A DNA stretch of 64,000 nt. Source: Acidaminococcales bacterium (lineage in GTDB: Bacteria; Bacillota; Negativicutes; Acidaminococcales; JAISLQ01). The notes below the pieces were generated by a model. It saw only the letters and a list, made by a program, of their open reading frames with translations, was not told the DNA's origin and did not search any database. The stretch lies in the NCBI GenBank assembly GCA_031290885.1, contig JAISLQ010000075.1:41670-105669 (forward strand), written 5' to 3'. The position numbers and the translations under genes are program-made. This document shows positions 27,694 to 39,244 of the stretch, one piece after another. Position 1 is the stretch's first letter, and each line of letters opens with the position of its first letter.

Positions 27694-28413
27694 CTAAAGA
27701 GCGCCCTCCGCAAAACAGCAATAGATCCCCGCCTTGCCCGCCGCTTCAAAACTCAGTCCGTCCCTTCCTTCTTTCAGCCGGTTGCTGACGGCGTAGGGGC
27801 GGCTTTGGCACAAAAGGCCGTCCTGCAGTTCCCAGCGGCAGCCGGTCAAGGTTGCCCGCCCCCTGCCGGAAAGCGGCAAAAGCGATATAACTTCAGGCCT
27901 TTGGAAAAACCTGACGCTGATTTTTTCCGCCCGGCCGGCAAAAATCAGCGTTTCATATTGATCCGCCGCTATCAATGGGCAGCCGAGGCCCTGCCTGTAA
28001 GCGGACAAAGTGAAAAGCGCGCTGAAGGCGTGATCAAACCGCCCGCCCAAGACGCCGCTTGCGACCAGCGACCCGCAGTCTTTTTGTTTTTTCAAATAAA
28101 TGAGTGCCAAGGCCAAGTCCGTCCGGTCTTTGTCGGCCGGATACCGCAACGTCCGCGCCCCTTCCCCGCGCGCCCATTGCCAATCCTCGCCCGCGCTGTC
28201 GGCGTCCCCTATGACGGCCTCGGGCACAAGCCCGGCGCGCCGGCAATAGGAAACTCCCCGGTCGGCGCAGACGGCCGCCCTTCCCGCAGCCGCGGCTGAA
28301 AGCCAGGCGGTCGCGGGCGCGCGCCCGCCTGCGACCAAAATATAGCCCCTTTTCTTTTCCCCCGCGCTTTCCGCGCCCATTGTAATTTCGTATTGGGGAA
28401 GAGTCAAGCGCAT
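27694..28413 (-). CDS. thiN: thiamine pyrophosphokinase
   Basis: ILVAGG ..., VIGDADS and DKDRTDLALAL motifs. The start is uncertain: the listed ORF uses TTG 28437, and ATGs occur at 28413 and 28380. Confidence 0.7.
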   Translation of the reverse strand: MRLTLPQYEITMGAESAGEKKRGYILVAGGRAPATAWLSAAAAGRAAVCADRGVSYCRRAGLVPEAVIGDADSAGEDWQWARGEGARTLRYPADKDRTDLALALIYLKKQKDCGSLVASGVLGGRFDHAFSALFTLSAYRQGLGCPLIAADQYETLIFAGRAEKISVRFFQRPEVISLLPLSGRGRATLTGCRWELQDGLLCQSRPYAVSNRLKEGRDGLSFEAAGKAGIYCCFAEGAL

Positions 28414-28593
28414 TTTCTCACCCGCTTTTTCAGACAATTATATCACGCGCCCGGAAATTTTGCGCGCCCGGAAAACAAATTGTCCGCTTGCAACCGGCGG
28501 AAAAAGTGTTATTATTAATTTAGATCCCCCTTATACAAAAAGTTTCGGCCTTTCTGCGGCAAGCCGGAAAGCGCCGGCCTGGTTGGTGAAAAA

Positions 28594-29934
28594 ATGCGCG
28601 TGGTAATTGTCGGCGCGGGAAAATTAGGCTACAGCCTGGCGGAATACTTGACCAAGGAACAGCACGAAGTGGTAGTGGTGGAATCCGACGAATCCCATCG
28701 CGAAATAATAAAAAACAATCTTGACATACTTACCATCGCCGGCAACGGCGCCAGCCCCAGCGTGCTTACCGACCCGGACGTCAAGGGCGCCGATGTCCTG
28801 ATTGCCTGCACCTACAGCGACGAAGTGAACATGATTATTTGCATGATGGCGAAAAAAGTCGGCGTCAAGCAGACCGTCGCCCGTATAAGAAGCAATGAAT
28901 ATACCGGGGAGGCGGACAATTTCATCCGCGACGTGACGGACATTGACCTAGTGCTCAACCCGGAGCGCATTATCGCGCTGGAAATACTCCGCCTCCTGCT
29001 CACCCCTTTTACCATTGACGTGGGCAACTTCGCCGATGGGCAGGTAAAAATTTTCGAGTGCCGGATTTCGGAAAATTCGCCCTTGGCCAACAAGCAGCTA
29101 CGGGAACTTGGCCTGCCCAAAGGAATTTTGGTAACGGGCATATTGCGCAAGAACAAGCTTACCATACCGCGCGGCGGCGATGCAATCCTGCCCGGCGACT
29201 TGATTTTCTGTATCGGGCTGCTCGGCGTCGTCGAAGATTTTGAAAAATTCCTGGGCGTATCTTTAAGCAAAATCGACCGCGTCCTGCTCATCGGCGCCGG
29301 CCGGGTCGGGCGCTATTTGGCGCCTCTTTTGGAAAACCAGGGGATATCCGTAAAAATCATTGATAAAAACATGGAAAGATGCGAACAAATCACCGCCCTT
29401 TTAAAAAACGGCCTGGTCATCTGCGGCGACGGCACCAACATTGAACTGCTCACGCAAGAAGGGGTCGCCGAAGCCGACATCGTCATCTGCCTGACCGAAG
29501 ACGACAAGCTCAACCTCCTGCTCGCGCTTTTGGCCAAACACTTGGGCGCGAAAAAGACCGTAGTGAAAACCGCTTACACGGAATACGCCGGCCTGATGGA
29601 AGAAGTAGGGGCGGGCACCGTAGTGTCCACCAGGCTTTTGAGCGTTGGCGAAGTCCTGCGCTTTATCCGCCGCGGCGACGTGCTCGGGGTATCCATTTTT
29701 GAAGGCGCGAAAGCGGAGGCGATCGAAATGGTAATAGACGCCCTCAGCCCCCTGGCCGGCATACCCCTGCGCAACGCCAACCTGTCCAGCCGCTGCCTCG
29801 TCTGCGCGGTCGTGCACGAGAAAACCGCCCTCATACCACATGGCAACACCGTCCTTTATCCGGGCGACCGGGCCATCCTGTTTGTCGAATTCGACGCCGT
29901 AAACGAAGTGCTGGCAAGCCTCAAGGGCAAATAG
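28594..29934 (+). CDS. trkA: Trk potassium uptake protein, NAD-binding subunit
   Basis: 446 aa with two Rossmann repeats (VVIVGAGKLG; VLLIGAGRVG) and RCK-C domains. Confidence 0.9.
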   Translation: MRVVIVGAGKLGYSLAEYLTKEQHEVVVVESDESHREIIKNNLDILTIAGNGASPSVLTDPDVKGADVLIACTYSDEVNMIICMMAKKVGVKQTVARIRSNEYTGEADNFIRDVTDIDLVLNPERIIALEILRLLLTPFTIDVGNFADGQVKIFECRISENSPLANKQLRELGLPKGILVTGILRKNKLTIPRGGDAILPGDLIFCIGLLGVVEDFEKFLGVSLSKIDRVLLIGAGRVGRYLAPLLENQGISVKIIDKNMERCEQITALLKNGLVICGDGTNIELLTQEGVAEADIVICLTEDDKLNLLLALLAKHLGAKKTVVKTAYTEYAGLMEEVGAGTVVSTRLLSVGEVLRFIRRGDVLGVSIFEGAKAEAIEMVIDALSPLAGIPLRNANLSSRCLVCAVVHEKTALIPHGNTVLYPGDRAILFVEFDAVNEVLASLKGK

Positions 29935-29952
29935 TCGGCGGGAGCGCAAGAG

Positions 29953-31407
29953 ATGAATTTTTTATTGATCGAATTTATCGTCGGGCAGCTCCTTTTGGTC
30001 TGTTCCGCCTGTATGCTCTTGTCCGTCCTCATGTCCTTTCTTTTTTGGGAACATGATGTTCTCGCGCTCATGCTTTCTGCGGCCGTAACTGCCATAGTCG
30101 GCTATTCCATGACCATCTGCGGCCGCCGGGGCGCCGACATGTCCACGCGCGAGGCGATCCTGTCCGTTTGCGGCGGCTGGGCAATGCTGTCTGTTTGCGG
30201 CGCTTTGCCTTACATGTTCTCCGGCGTGCTTTCGCCCTTTTACGCCGTTTTGGAAAGCACGTCCGGTTTTACTACCGTAGGCTCGACCCTGATCCGGGAC
30301 ATTTCGCCCGTCCCCAAAAGCATCCTCTTTTGGCGCAGCATGACGCAATGGCTCGGCGGCATGGGCATAATCGTCCTTTTCGTTTCTTTCCTGCCGCAGT
30401 ACGGGGCAGGGGCCATCAGCCTTGTTAAAGCCGAGACGGGCGCTTCCCGGGAAAGGGTGCTGCCGCGCCTTAGCGACGCGGCTTTTATGCTCTGGAAGAT
30501 CTATACGGGCATGACGGCGATTTTCGCGCTTATCCTTTTTTTCGCCGGGCTGGACGCTTTTGACGCGATCACGCACAGCATGGCCTCCGTCTCGACTGGC
30601 GGTTTTTCCGTCCATAACGAAAGCATCCGCTATTTTAACAGCCCTTTGGTGGAATTTCTCACCGCGATCGTTACCATTTGCGCGGCGGTCAACTTTTCCC
30701 TGTACCATCAAGTTTTCGTCCGCGGCTGGCGAAAATTTGCCGCCGATCTGGAATTTCGCGTTTTTATCGCCCTGATCGCCGCCGGCTCCTTGCTAATCGC
30801 CTACGACCTGTACCGCGCCGGCATTTATTCTTTGGGCGGTTCGCTGCACAACGCCTTCTTTCACGTCTCTTCCGTCCTGTCCACTTCCGGCCTAGTCCTT
30901 GCCGACCTTAACCCCTGGCCGCCTTTCAGCAAATTCCTTGTCTTCGCTTTCATGTTCATCGGCGGCTGCACCGCATCCACCGCCGGCGGTCTCAAAATCG
31001 CCCGCTTGATCATCATCTGCGAGCTTATTTATATCGAACTCAAGCGCATACTGCACCCTAAAGTAATTTTCAATCTTTCCATAAACGGCCAAACCGTAAA
31101 CAGCACTTTGACGTCGTCCGCCGCCCGCTATGTGTTCGTTTTCATTTTTGTTTATTTTTGCGCCGTCGCCGTCTTGACCTTCCGCGGCGTCGACTTTTAC
31201 GAAAGCATACTGCTCATGGCCTCCATCATCGGCACGGCGGGCACGGATGTCCCTTTCGCCCTTTTGCCCAGCGCAAAAAGTTTAATCGACTTGGATGAAA
31301 TAAGCAAAGTGGCTATTACTTTCTGCATGCTGCTGGCGCGGCTGGAATTTTTCACCGTCTTGGTGCTGCTGCGGCCGGAATTCTGGCGCAAGACGCGCAA
31401 CTGGTAA
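29953..31407 (+). CDS. trkH: Trk-type potassium transporter membrane subunit
   Basis: 484-aa polytopic protein with repeated (T/S)TxGF/TGG selectivity-like motifs (TSGFTTVGST, VSTGGF, STSGL, STAGGLK), adjacent to trkA. Confidence 0.9.
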   Translation: MNFLLIEFIVGQLLLVCSACMLLSVLMSFLFWEHDVLALMLSAAVTAIVGYSMTICGRRGADMSTREAILSVCGGWAMLSVCGALPYMFSGVLSPFYAVLESTSGFTTVGSTLIRDISPVPKSILFWRSMTQWLGGMGIIVLFVSFLPQYGAGAISLVKAETGASRERVLPRLSDAAFMLWKIYTGMTAIFALILFFAGLDAFDAITHSMASVSTGGFSVHNESIRYFNSPLVEFLTAIVTICAAVNFSLYHQVFVRGWRKFAADLEFRVFIALIAAGSLLIAYDLYRAGIYSLGGSLHNAFFHVSSVLSTSGLVLADLNPWPPFSKFLVFAFMFIGGCTASTAGGLKIARLIIICELIYIELKRILHPKVIFNLSINGQTVNSTLTSSAARYVFVFIFVYFCAVAVLTFRGVDFYESILLMASIIGTAGTDVPFALLPSAKSLIDLDEISKVAITFCMLLARLEFFTVLVLLRPEFWRKTRNW

Positions 31408-31472
31408 AAGCGGCGGGCTGCTGTTCCTTTGGGGGCGCAGGGATATCCGGCGCGGCGAGCCACATTGCGCCG

Positions 31473-31506
31473 CAAAGCGGCCAACGCCATGGCACTGGCC
31501 GCTTTG
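31473..31506. terminator. hairpin between convergent trkH and the coiled-coil gene
   Basis: CAAAGCGGCCA ... TGGCCGCTTTG (11-bp arms). Confidence 0.45.
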
Positions 31507-31512
31507 CCTGTT

Positions 31513-31968
31513 TTATCGATCTTTTTTCTGGTTGGGGAAAAACAATTTATCTTTTTTGCTGTACATGCCGGAAGTCTTGATTTCTTCGCTTTCCCGCTTC
31601 TTTTGTTCCGCTTTGCTCTTGTTGTCGAGCGAACCGCCGATCTGGGAAAGCCTGTTGACGAGCTCTTTTTGCTCCGCTTCCAGTTCCTTGTAGTCCTGGT
31701 CGGCCACCCTTATGTTTATGCGCCCGTCGGCGATGAGCTGTTCGATGATCTTCATGTCAACCTGCGTGTCAAGCACTACCCGGGCAAAACTCGCGCCGGG
31801 ATTTTCATCGCGGAGATATTTTCTTATTTTATCTTCCGCTTCCTGCTCTTTTATTTCCCGTTCCAATTTTTTGAACAGTTGCTCGTTGGCGGCGCGAAAA
31901 AACGGATTTTTCATTTTCTCCTTCATTTCTTCCAAAAAAGCCTTTTTTTCCTCTTCTGCCTTTCCCAT
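31513..31968 (-). CDS. hypothetical lysine/glutamate-rich coiled-coil protein
   Basis: 151 aa from the ATG with GAGGTGG upstream. It is highly charged (KE-rich); no family was recognised. Confidence 0.45.
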   Translation of the reverse strand: MGKAEEEKKAFLEEMKEKMKNPFFRAANEQLFKKLEREIKEQEAEDKIRKYLRDENPGASFARVVLDTQVDMKIIEQLIADGRINIRVADQDYKELEAEQKELVNRLSQIGGSLDNKSKAEQKKRESEEIKTSGMYSKKDKLFFPNQKKDR

Positions 31969-32024
31969 GCTTTCCCACCTCTTTTTGCTGCTTTTGCGCG
32001 GACTGAAAATTTCCCCTGTTTTTA

Positions 32025-33986
<1,962 letters not shown>

Positions 33987-33989
33987 TTA

Positions 33990-34205
33990 TCAATATTCGT
34001 CAAACGCGCCTTCCGCGCGTTTTTTTAAAGTTGCGGCCGAAAGCTCGGAAAAAACCGCGCCGTCATCCGTAAGCACACAACTGTAGTCTCGTTCCCGCCG
34101 GAACTTTCTTTCGCAACAAAGGTCTTTCGCCGCGCCCTTTGAATCAAACACGCCGATTATTTTTTGCGTTTCCACCATAATGCCGGAACCTATGTGCAAA
34201 TACAC
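33990..34205 (-). CDS. remB: DUF370/RemB (YaaB)-like small protein
   Basis: YLHIGSGIMVETQKIIGVFD ... SATLKKR resembles B. subtilis YaaB, and the position between recF and gyrB is conserved. GTG start with AAGAGG upstream. Confidence 0.65.
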   Translation of the reverse strand: MYLHIGSGIMVETQKIIGVFDSKGAAKDLCCERKFRRERDYSCVLTDDGAVFSELSAATLKKRAEGAFDEY

Positions 34206-34230
34206 GGATACAAACCTCTTTCGCTTGCCC

Positions 34231-34563
34231 TTAATCAAGCCGCCCACCGGGGCAGCCAGCGTTTTTTACTTCTTCCGGAAGCGCGCCGATAGAAAATTTT
34301 ATGTCTGTTATTATTATAGCATTTAATTTTAGGTTTATTCTATCTATAATTTCTTTTTTCCGCATTAAAAGATCATGAGCCCGGCTTGAACCTTCCACGC
34401 GCAAAAAAAGAATGTCTCCGCGCAGGGCGGCAGGAAAACTCTTCGCGGCCGCTCCTTCTCCCGCGATATCGCGCCAATTGGCCCTAAGCCAGGCGCAAAA
34501 ATATTTTTCCCGGTTTTCCTTGCCGCCCAAAAGCTTTCGCAGGACGTTATATACGCCATCCAT
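34231..34563 (-). CDS. DUF721 (DciA-like) protein
   Basis: 110 aa. WRDIAGE ... LFLRVEGSSRAHDL is typical of DUF721 proteins, which are found next to recF/dnaN. Confidence 0.65.
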   Translation of the reverse strand: MDGVYNVLRKLLGGKENREKYFCAWLRANWRDIAGEGAAAKSFPAALRGDILFLRVEGSSRAHDLLMRKKEIIDRINLKLNAIIITDIKFSIGALPEEVKNAGCPGGRLD

Positions 34564-34564
34564 C

Positions 34565-35686
34565 TCAACCCTCGCTGATCCCGCCTTTTTCCACCCGATA
34601 AAAAACCGCCTGCTGCGGATTCCGAAACAAATCCTTTTCCGTCAGAGTAATGAAAGTCTGTATGCGGCCGCTGAGAAAATCTATTAGTTTTTGCCGGCGG
34701 CGGCCGTCCAATTCACTCAGCGCGTCATCAAGCAAAAGAACAGGATACTCCCCGCACTCTTCCCTTATAATCATAGTTTCCGCTATTTTCAGCGCCAGCA
34801 CGAAACTGCGTTGCTGCCCTTGGGAAGCGAACCCTTTAAGCGGCAGGCCGTCCAAAGTAAAAAATATATCGTCGCGATGCGGCCCTAAACCGGTGGAAGC
34901 GCTTTCGGTATCCTTTTTTACCCGCGCCGCCAACCCTTCTCTGTACCAAAGATAACTATTTTCGCCATTTTCCTCTAAAAACCCATCTTTGTCGCCTTCC
35001 CGGCGGCGGTAAACCATACCGGCTTTTTCCCGGCCTTCTGACAGCTCGCCGTATACCTCGGCCGCCAAACGGGATATTTTTGCCAAAGTTTTAAGACGAG
35101 CCGGCAAGATTATGCTGGCCTCTTTTGCCAGTTGCTCGTCCCACATTTCCAGCAAACCAATAGACATCCTCTTTTCCTTTATCGCGGCAAGCAATTGGTT
35201 CCTTTGCTGCAAAATCTTGTTATACCGCGCCAAAGAAAAACAATAAGCGCTATTTACCTGCGCTATTTGAATGTCAACGAACCGGCGCCTTAACGCCGGC
35301 TCGCCTTTGGCCAATTTCATGTCTTCCGGCGAAAAAATAGCCGCTTTTATCTGCCCAATCAATTCACGCGGTTTAACATTATTATTGTCAACCTTTATTT
35401 CCTTGTTTTTCCGCCGGGCGCTTTTTTTAATAACAATCTTCGTTTCCCCGCCGGTTTCCCTTTCCGCTACGACGCAGACGCCCATGCCGGATGCCGCGTA
35501 GTTTATAAGATCGTCCTCCTGAAAAGTTCTGTGCGAACAACCTAAAGCGGAAAAATACAAAGATTCTATAATATTAGTTTTTCCCTCGCCGTTTTGTCCA
35601 TACAAAACATTTATCCCGCCGGAAAAAGACCAATCGCCCTTTTGGCAATTGCGGAAATTGTCGACAAGCAACCTTTTTACCTTCAT
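34565..35686 (-). CDS. recF: DNA replication/repair protein RecF
   Basis: Start at MKVKRLLVDNFRN. It has a GQNGEGKTN Walker A, an LSQGQQR-like signature (ASQGQQRS) and a LLLDD Walker B. Confidence 0.93.
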   Translation of the reverse strand: MKVKRLLVDNFRNCQKGDWSFSGGINVLYGQNGEGKTNIIESLYFSALGCSHRTFQEDDLINYAASGMGVCVVAERETGGETKIVIKKSARRKNKEIKVDNNNVKPRELIGQIKAAIFSPEDMKLAKGEPALRRRFVDIQIAQVNSAYCFSLARYNKILQQRNQLLAAIKEKRMSIGLLEMWDEQLAKEASIILPARLKTLAKISRLAAEVYGELSEGREKAGMVYRRREGDKDGFLEENGENSYLWYREGLAARVKKDTESASTGLGPHRDDIFFTLDGLPLKGFASQGQQRSFVLALKIAETMIIREECGEYPVLLLDDALSELDGRRRQKLIDFLSGRIQTFITLTEKDLFRNPQQAVFYRVEKGGISEG

Positions 35687-35754
35687 TTTCCATTTTGTCC
35701 GCCGCCTATGCGCAGACAACGGTCAAAACGCCTTTTCCCTCCAATAACTTTCAT

Positions 35755-36876
35755 TTAAGCGCCCAACCTGATAGGAGTCATGACATAAAGATAATTTTCG
35801 TCGTTTTCTCCCGCCACCTGCGCCGGGCTGACCGAACTGTTCAAGCTTATGATGGTATATTCGCTCTCTATTCTCTTTAATATGTCGCTGATGTATCTCA
35901 TGTTAAAAGCTATTTCAATCTGCCCGCCCTTATTTTCACAGCCAATCCTCTCCGTGCTTTTGCCTTTTTCCGGATTGCTGGCGAAAATGACCATCCGGCC
36001 GTTGTCAATGTTCAGCTTCAACACGTTGTTTTCCCCTTCTTTGGAAAAAGGAGCCGCCCGGTTGACCGCTCCCAAAAGATCCGCTGTCTTTACCTTGGCC
36101 GTTTTGCCGAAAGAAGCCGGTATTACCTTGCGGTAGTCAGGGAAACTGCCTTCGATGAGCCGCGATTCCATATAAACGTCGCCGAAACGCAAGATTATCT
36201 GATGATTTTTCCAGCCGACAATCACGTCTTCCGGCAAATCGCCTAAATTTATGCTCTCAATTTCCCTCAATATCCTGGCAGGTATTACCATGGAGAAATC
36301 TCCCTGCTCGTTGTCCAACTCATATTTTTTCACCACGAGCCGGTGCGTATTGGTGGCGGCGAAAACAAGCTCCCGCCCTTTCATTTCCATCAGCACTCCG
36401 GTAAAAACCATCCGCATCTCTTTTTCGGAAGAACAGGCAAATACCGTTTTTCTGATCATCTCTTTAAGTACATCATCTTTTATCTTTATAAAATTAGTTA
36501 CGGCCAATTTATTAATTACAGGATACTCTTCGACCGGCAGACAGAAAATGACCGCTTCCCGGTCTTCGCCTGAAGATATGACAACTTTGCCTTCGTTTTC
36601 ATTTTTGTAAATTTCCACAAATTCCCGCTCGCTTTTTTCCACCACCGATGTAAAAAGCGCCCCGGCGATTACAGCCTCGCCTTCTTCGACAACTTGGGCG
36701 TCCAGCGTTACCGATACGCCAAATGTCGAATCAGTAGCCTGCAGTTCAACTTTATCTTCAAACGCTTTTAAATAAACACACATATAAACCTGAGAACTTA
36801 CCGCTTTAGACGGCAGGGCTTTTTGCAATATTTGAGCCGCTTTGCCGAGTTTTTGGGCTTGGCAGATTACTTTCAT
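35755..36876 (-). CDS. dnaN: DNA polymerase III beta sliding clamp
   Basis: 373 aa with a three-domain beta-clamp pattern, positioned between dnaA and recF. Confidence 0.95.
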   Translation of the reverse strand: MKVICQAQKLGKAAQILQKALPSKAVSSQVYMCVYLKAFEDKVELQATDSTFGVSVTLDAQVVEEGEAVIAGALFTSVVEKSEREFVEIYKNENEGKVVISSGEDREAVIFCLPVEEYPVINKLAVTNFIKIKDDVLKEMIRKTVFACSSEKEMRMVFTGVLMEMKGRELVFAATNTHRLVVKKYELDNEQGDFSMVIPARILREIESINLGDLPEDVIVGWKNHQIILRFGDVYMESRLIEGSFPDYRKVIPASFGKTAKVKTADLLGAVNRAAPFSKEGENNVLKLNIDNGRMVIFASNPEKGKSTERIGCENKGGQIEIAFNMRYISDILKRIESEYTIISLNSSVSPAQVAGENDENYLYVMTPIRLGA

Positions 36877-36894
36877 ACTTTTCCTCCGCGTTTT

Positions 36895-37145
36895 TGCTTT
36901 TTAGTTAATATTATATAAAATTTTTCGTAGTCTTAGTATTAGTATTTGTTCGTTTCGGTGATAATGTCCATTTTCTTTCTGGGCAAGGCAAACTGCTATG
37001 TGAAAAAAGCGTTGATTTAAAACTTTTAGAACGGCCTTTTTATCAACATTATCAACAGACAAACAGCAATTTAAATTTTTATCAACATTTCCAATCAGTT
37101 ATTGAGGATATTTGCACATAAAATTTGACGCCTTGTCAACATTTT
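36895..37145. promoter_or_regulatory. oriC: oriC candidate: AT-rich unwinding stretch plus four co-oriented DnaA boxes
   Basis: TTATCAACA at 37040-37048, 37049-57 and 37079-87, and TTGTCAACA at 37133-41; the consensus is TTATCCACA. Very AT-rich from 36895 to 36960. Confidence 0.6.
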
Positions 37146-37153
37146 TGCAAAGG

Positions 37154-38518
37154 TCAATCGGTATTTAAAATTTTCTGCGCGATTTCTTTGATTTCTTGTT
37201 CAAATTCCCTGTCCCTTTCCATATCCTTGGCAATCTTCTGTACGGCGTGGATTATCGTGGAATAATTTCTGCCGCCGAAAATTTCCCCGATCTTGGCGAA
37301 AGGATAATCCGTGAGGTCCCGCAAAAGGTACATAGCCACGTGCCTTGGAAAAACAGTGTCGCGGGAGCGCCTTTGCGCTAAAATATCTTCTTTTTTGATT
37401 TTATAATGCGCGGAAACTTTATCAAGTATCAAATCAGCGGTAACCGGCTGGCTTATGTTTTCGCCGATGATGTTTCTTAAAGCTGAAATAGTAGAATCCA
37501 AATTAATCGGCGTATTGTTGAATTTGGAAAAAGCGATTACCTTGCTAAAGGCCCCTTCCAACTCCCTTATGTTGTTTTTTATTTTCCCGGCGATAAAAGC
37601 GAGCACCTCATTGTCAATCGACAGATCGGCGGACTGCGCCTTTTTTCTCAGTATTGCGATCCGGGTTTCTTGGTCGGGCGGATGAATGTCGGCGACAAGG
37701 CCGCTTTCAAAGCGTGAAACAAGCCTTGCTTCCAAAGTCATTATTTCCCTGGGCGGACGGTCGCTGGCAATGACAATTTGTTTGTTGGAATCAAAAAGAG
37801 TGTTAAAAGTATGAAAGAACTCTTCTTTGGTCTGTTCCTTTTTTGCCAAAAACTGAATATCGTCAATCAGCAGGCAATCAATGTTCCGGTATTTTTTGCG
37901 AAACCCTGCGGCGGAAGTTTTGTTGCTGATAGAATCTATAAATTCGTTCGTGAATTTTTCGCTGGAAGTATAAATAACCTTGCTGCCGGTTATATTTTCT
38001 TTTATTTTATGGCCGATGGCATGCATTAAATGTGTCTTGCCGAGGCCGACACCGCCGTAAATGAACAAGGGATTGTAAATTTTGGCCGGCGTTTCGGAAA
38101 CAGCCAGTGCGGCGGCGTGCGCGAAACGGTTGGAATTGCCGATGACAAAAGTGTCAAAATTATATTTATTGTTTAAAGTTTTGGTAAATTCCTCCTCCGT
38201 CGTAAAATCGCTTTTCTTTGTCTCAATGTCGCCATTGTCTTGGGGTAATTTTTCCGTCTGTTTGTCTTCAGCCCCTTCCATGTTTACAATCCGGACCTTA
38301 ACATTTTCGGCGCATACGGCACAAAGCGCCGCCGCTAATTTTTCGCCGTAATTGCTTTCCACCTGATCTTTGATAAAATCGTACGGGGAAGCAAGCGTAA
38401 AGATGCCGTCATTCGTATCCAAAGGAATAAGGGGCATTACAAAAGTCTTAAAAACAGGAGCAGGCGTTTCCTTTTCCAGCCGGTTTAAGACTTTTTGCCA
38501 GACATCGTTTATTTCCAT
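37154..38518 (-). CDS. dnaA: chromosomal replication initiator protein DnaA
   Basis: 454 aa with GGVGLGKTHL Walker A, a LLIDDIQF box and a C-terminal DnaA-box-binding HTH. Confidence 0.97.
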   Translation of the reverse strand: MEINDVWQKVLNRLEKETPAPVFKTFVMPLIPLDTNDGIFTLASPYDFIKDQVESNYGEKLAAALCAVCAENVKVRIVNMEGAEDKQTEKLPQDNGDIETKKSDFTTEEEFTKTLNNKYNFDTFVIGNSNRFAHAAALAVSETPAKIYNPLFIYGGVGLGKTHLMHAIGHKIKENITGSKVIYTSSEKFTNEFIDSISNKTSAAGFRKKYRNIDCLLIDDIQFLAKKEQTKEEFFHTFNTLFDSNKQIVIASDRPPREIMTLEARLVSRFESGLVADIHPPDQETRIAILRKKAQSADLSIDNEVLAFIAGKIKNNIRELEGAFSKVIAFSKFNNTPINLDSTISALRNIIGENISQPVTADLILDKVSAHYKIKKEDILAQRRSRDTVFPRHVAMYLLRDLTDYPFAKIGEIFGGRNYSTIIHAVQKIAKDMERDREFEQEIKEIAQKILNTD

Positions 38519-38530
38519 GTATGGTCTCCT

Positions 38531-38550
38531 TTATGAAGCTTGCTTCATAA
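38531..38550. promoter_or_regulatory. perfect palindrome TTATGAAGC-TT-GCTTCATAA abutting the dnaA RBS
   Basis: 9-bp arms with a 2-nt centre, ending 1 bp from the AGGAG of dnaA. Confidence 0.35.
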
Positions 38551-38590
38551 ATACATCAGAAAAACATTTATCATCGTCATAGAGTATCTT

Positions 38591-38623
38591 AACAAAAATA
38601 GGCGCTCTAAGCAACAAGCGCCT
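38591..38623 (-). terminator. terminator insulating dnaA from island transcription
   Basis: The minus strand reads AGGCGCT-TGTTGCTTAG-AGCGCCT followed by ATTTTTGTT. Confidence 0.45.
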
Positions 38624-38639
38624 GACAATACTTTTTATG

Positions 38640-38720
38640 GACAGGCTTGGTTGCTTGAATATATGTGATATATAGCGCTTCAACCCAAAAATTGTTAAGG
38701 TTTCTGCAAAATATGACGGC
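38640..38720 (+). repeat. decayed copy of the rpmH promoter region (left island border)
   Basis: GACAGGCTTGGTT is identical to 48685-48697. TATAGC and TCTGCAAAATATGACGGC blocks are collinear with 48715-48740. Confidence 0.6.
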
Positions 38721-38882
38721 AATATAGGCATGGCACATAATAAAGATTATCGGCAGGCGGCGATTGATTTCAAATTGAAAAAGATGGGGCAAACATGAAA
38801 TGCAGCCTGATTGACAGCATTATCGGCAACGAAGATACTGCAAGCGCCGTTTACAAGCATTTTGATGTTGATACTTTTTAAG

Positions 38883-39137
38883 TCAGATCACATATGTATC
38901 CAATGCCTTTATTTCCGCTCCAAGCAACTCATAAAGTTTCCTCATTTCTGCTTCCGTCAAGGTTACGCCTTTGCCCATCTTCTTATGCTCGCCGTCCCAA
39001 TCGCGAACGTCATACTTAGGTTCTCCGCTATTCCAACTTACGCGATTGAACTCCTTGCGCCATCCTTTGCTTCGTTCAGAAATGACACCAAGTTCGTTGA
39101 CAATCTCGTACTTGAAATCATCCTTCTTTGTTGTCAT
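38883..39137 (-). CDS. PC4/YdbC-like ssDNA-binding family protein
   Basis: 84 aa. FKYEIV..LGVISE.SKGW.KE.N.VSWN...PKYD(V)RDW....KKMGKGVTLT resembles lactococcal YdbC. Strong AAGGAGG RBS. Confidence 0.6.
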   Translation of the reverse strand: MTTKKDDFKYEIVNELGVISERSKGWRKEFNRVSWNSGEPKYDVRDWDGEHKKMGKGVTLTEAEMRKLYELLGAEIKALDTYVI

Positions 39138-39244
39138 TGCCAGACACCTCCTTCATTTAGCCCGCCAAGCAGGTTTATTCCCAGTAACGACAGCGTTTTT
39201 CAAAGAAATATTTCATGCCTGAATGTTCCAGTGCTTTTTCAATG

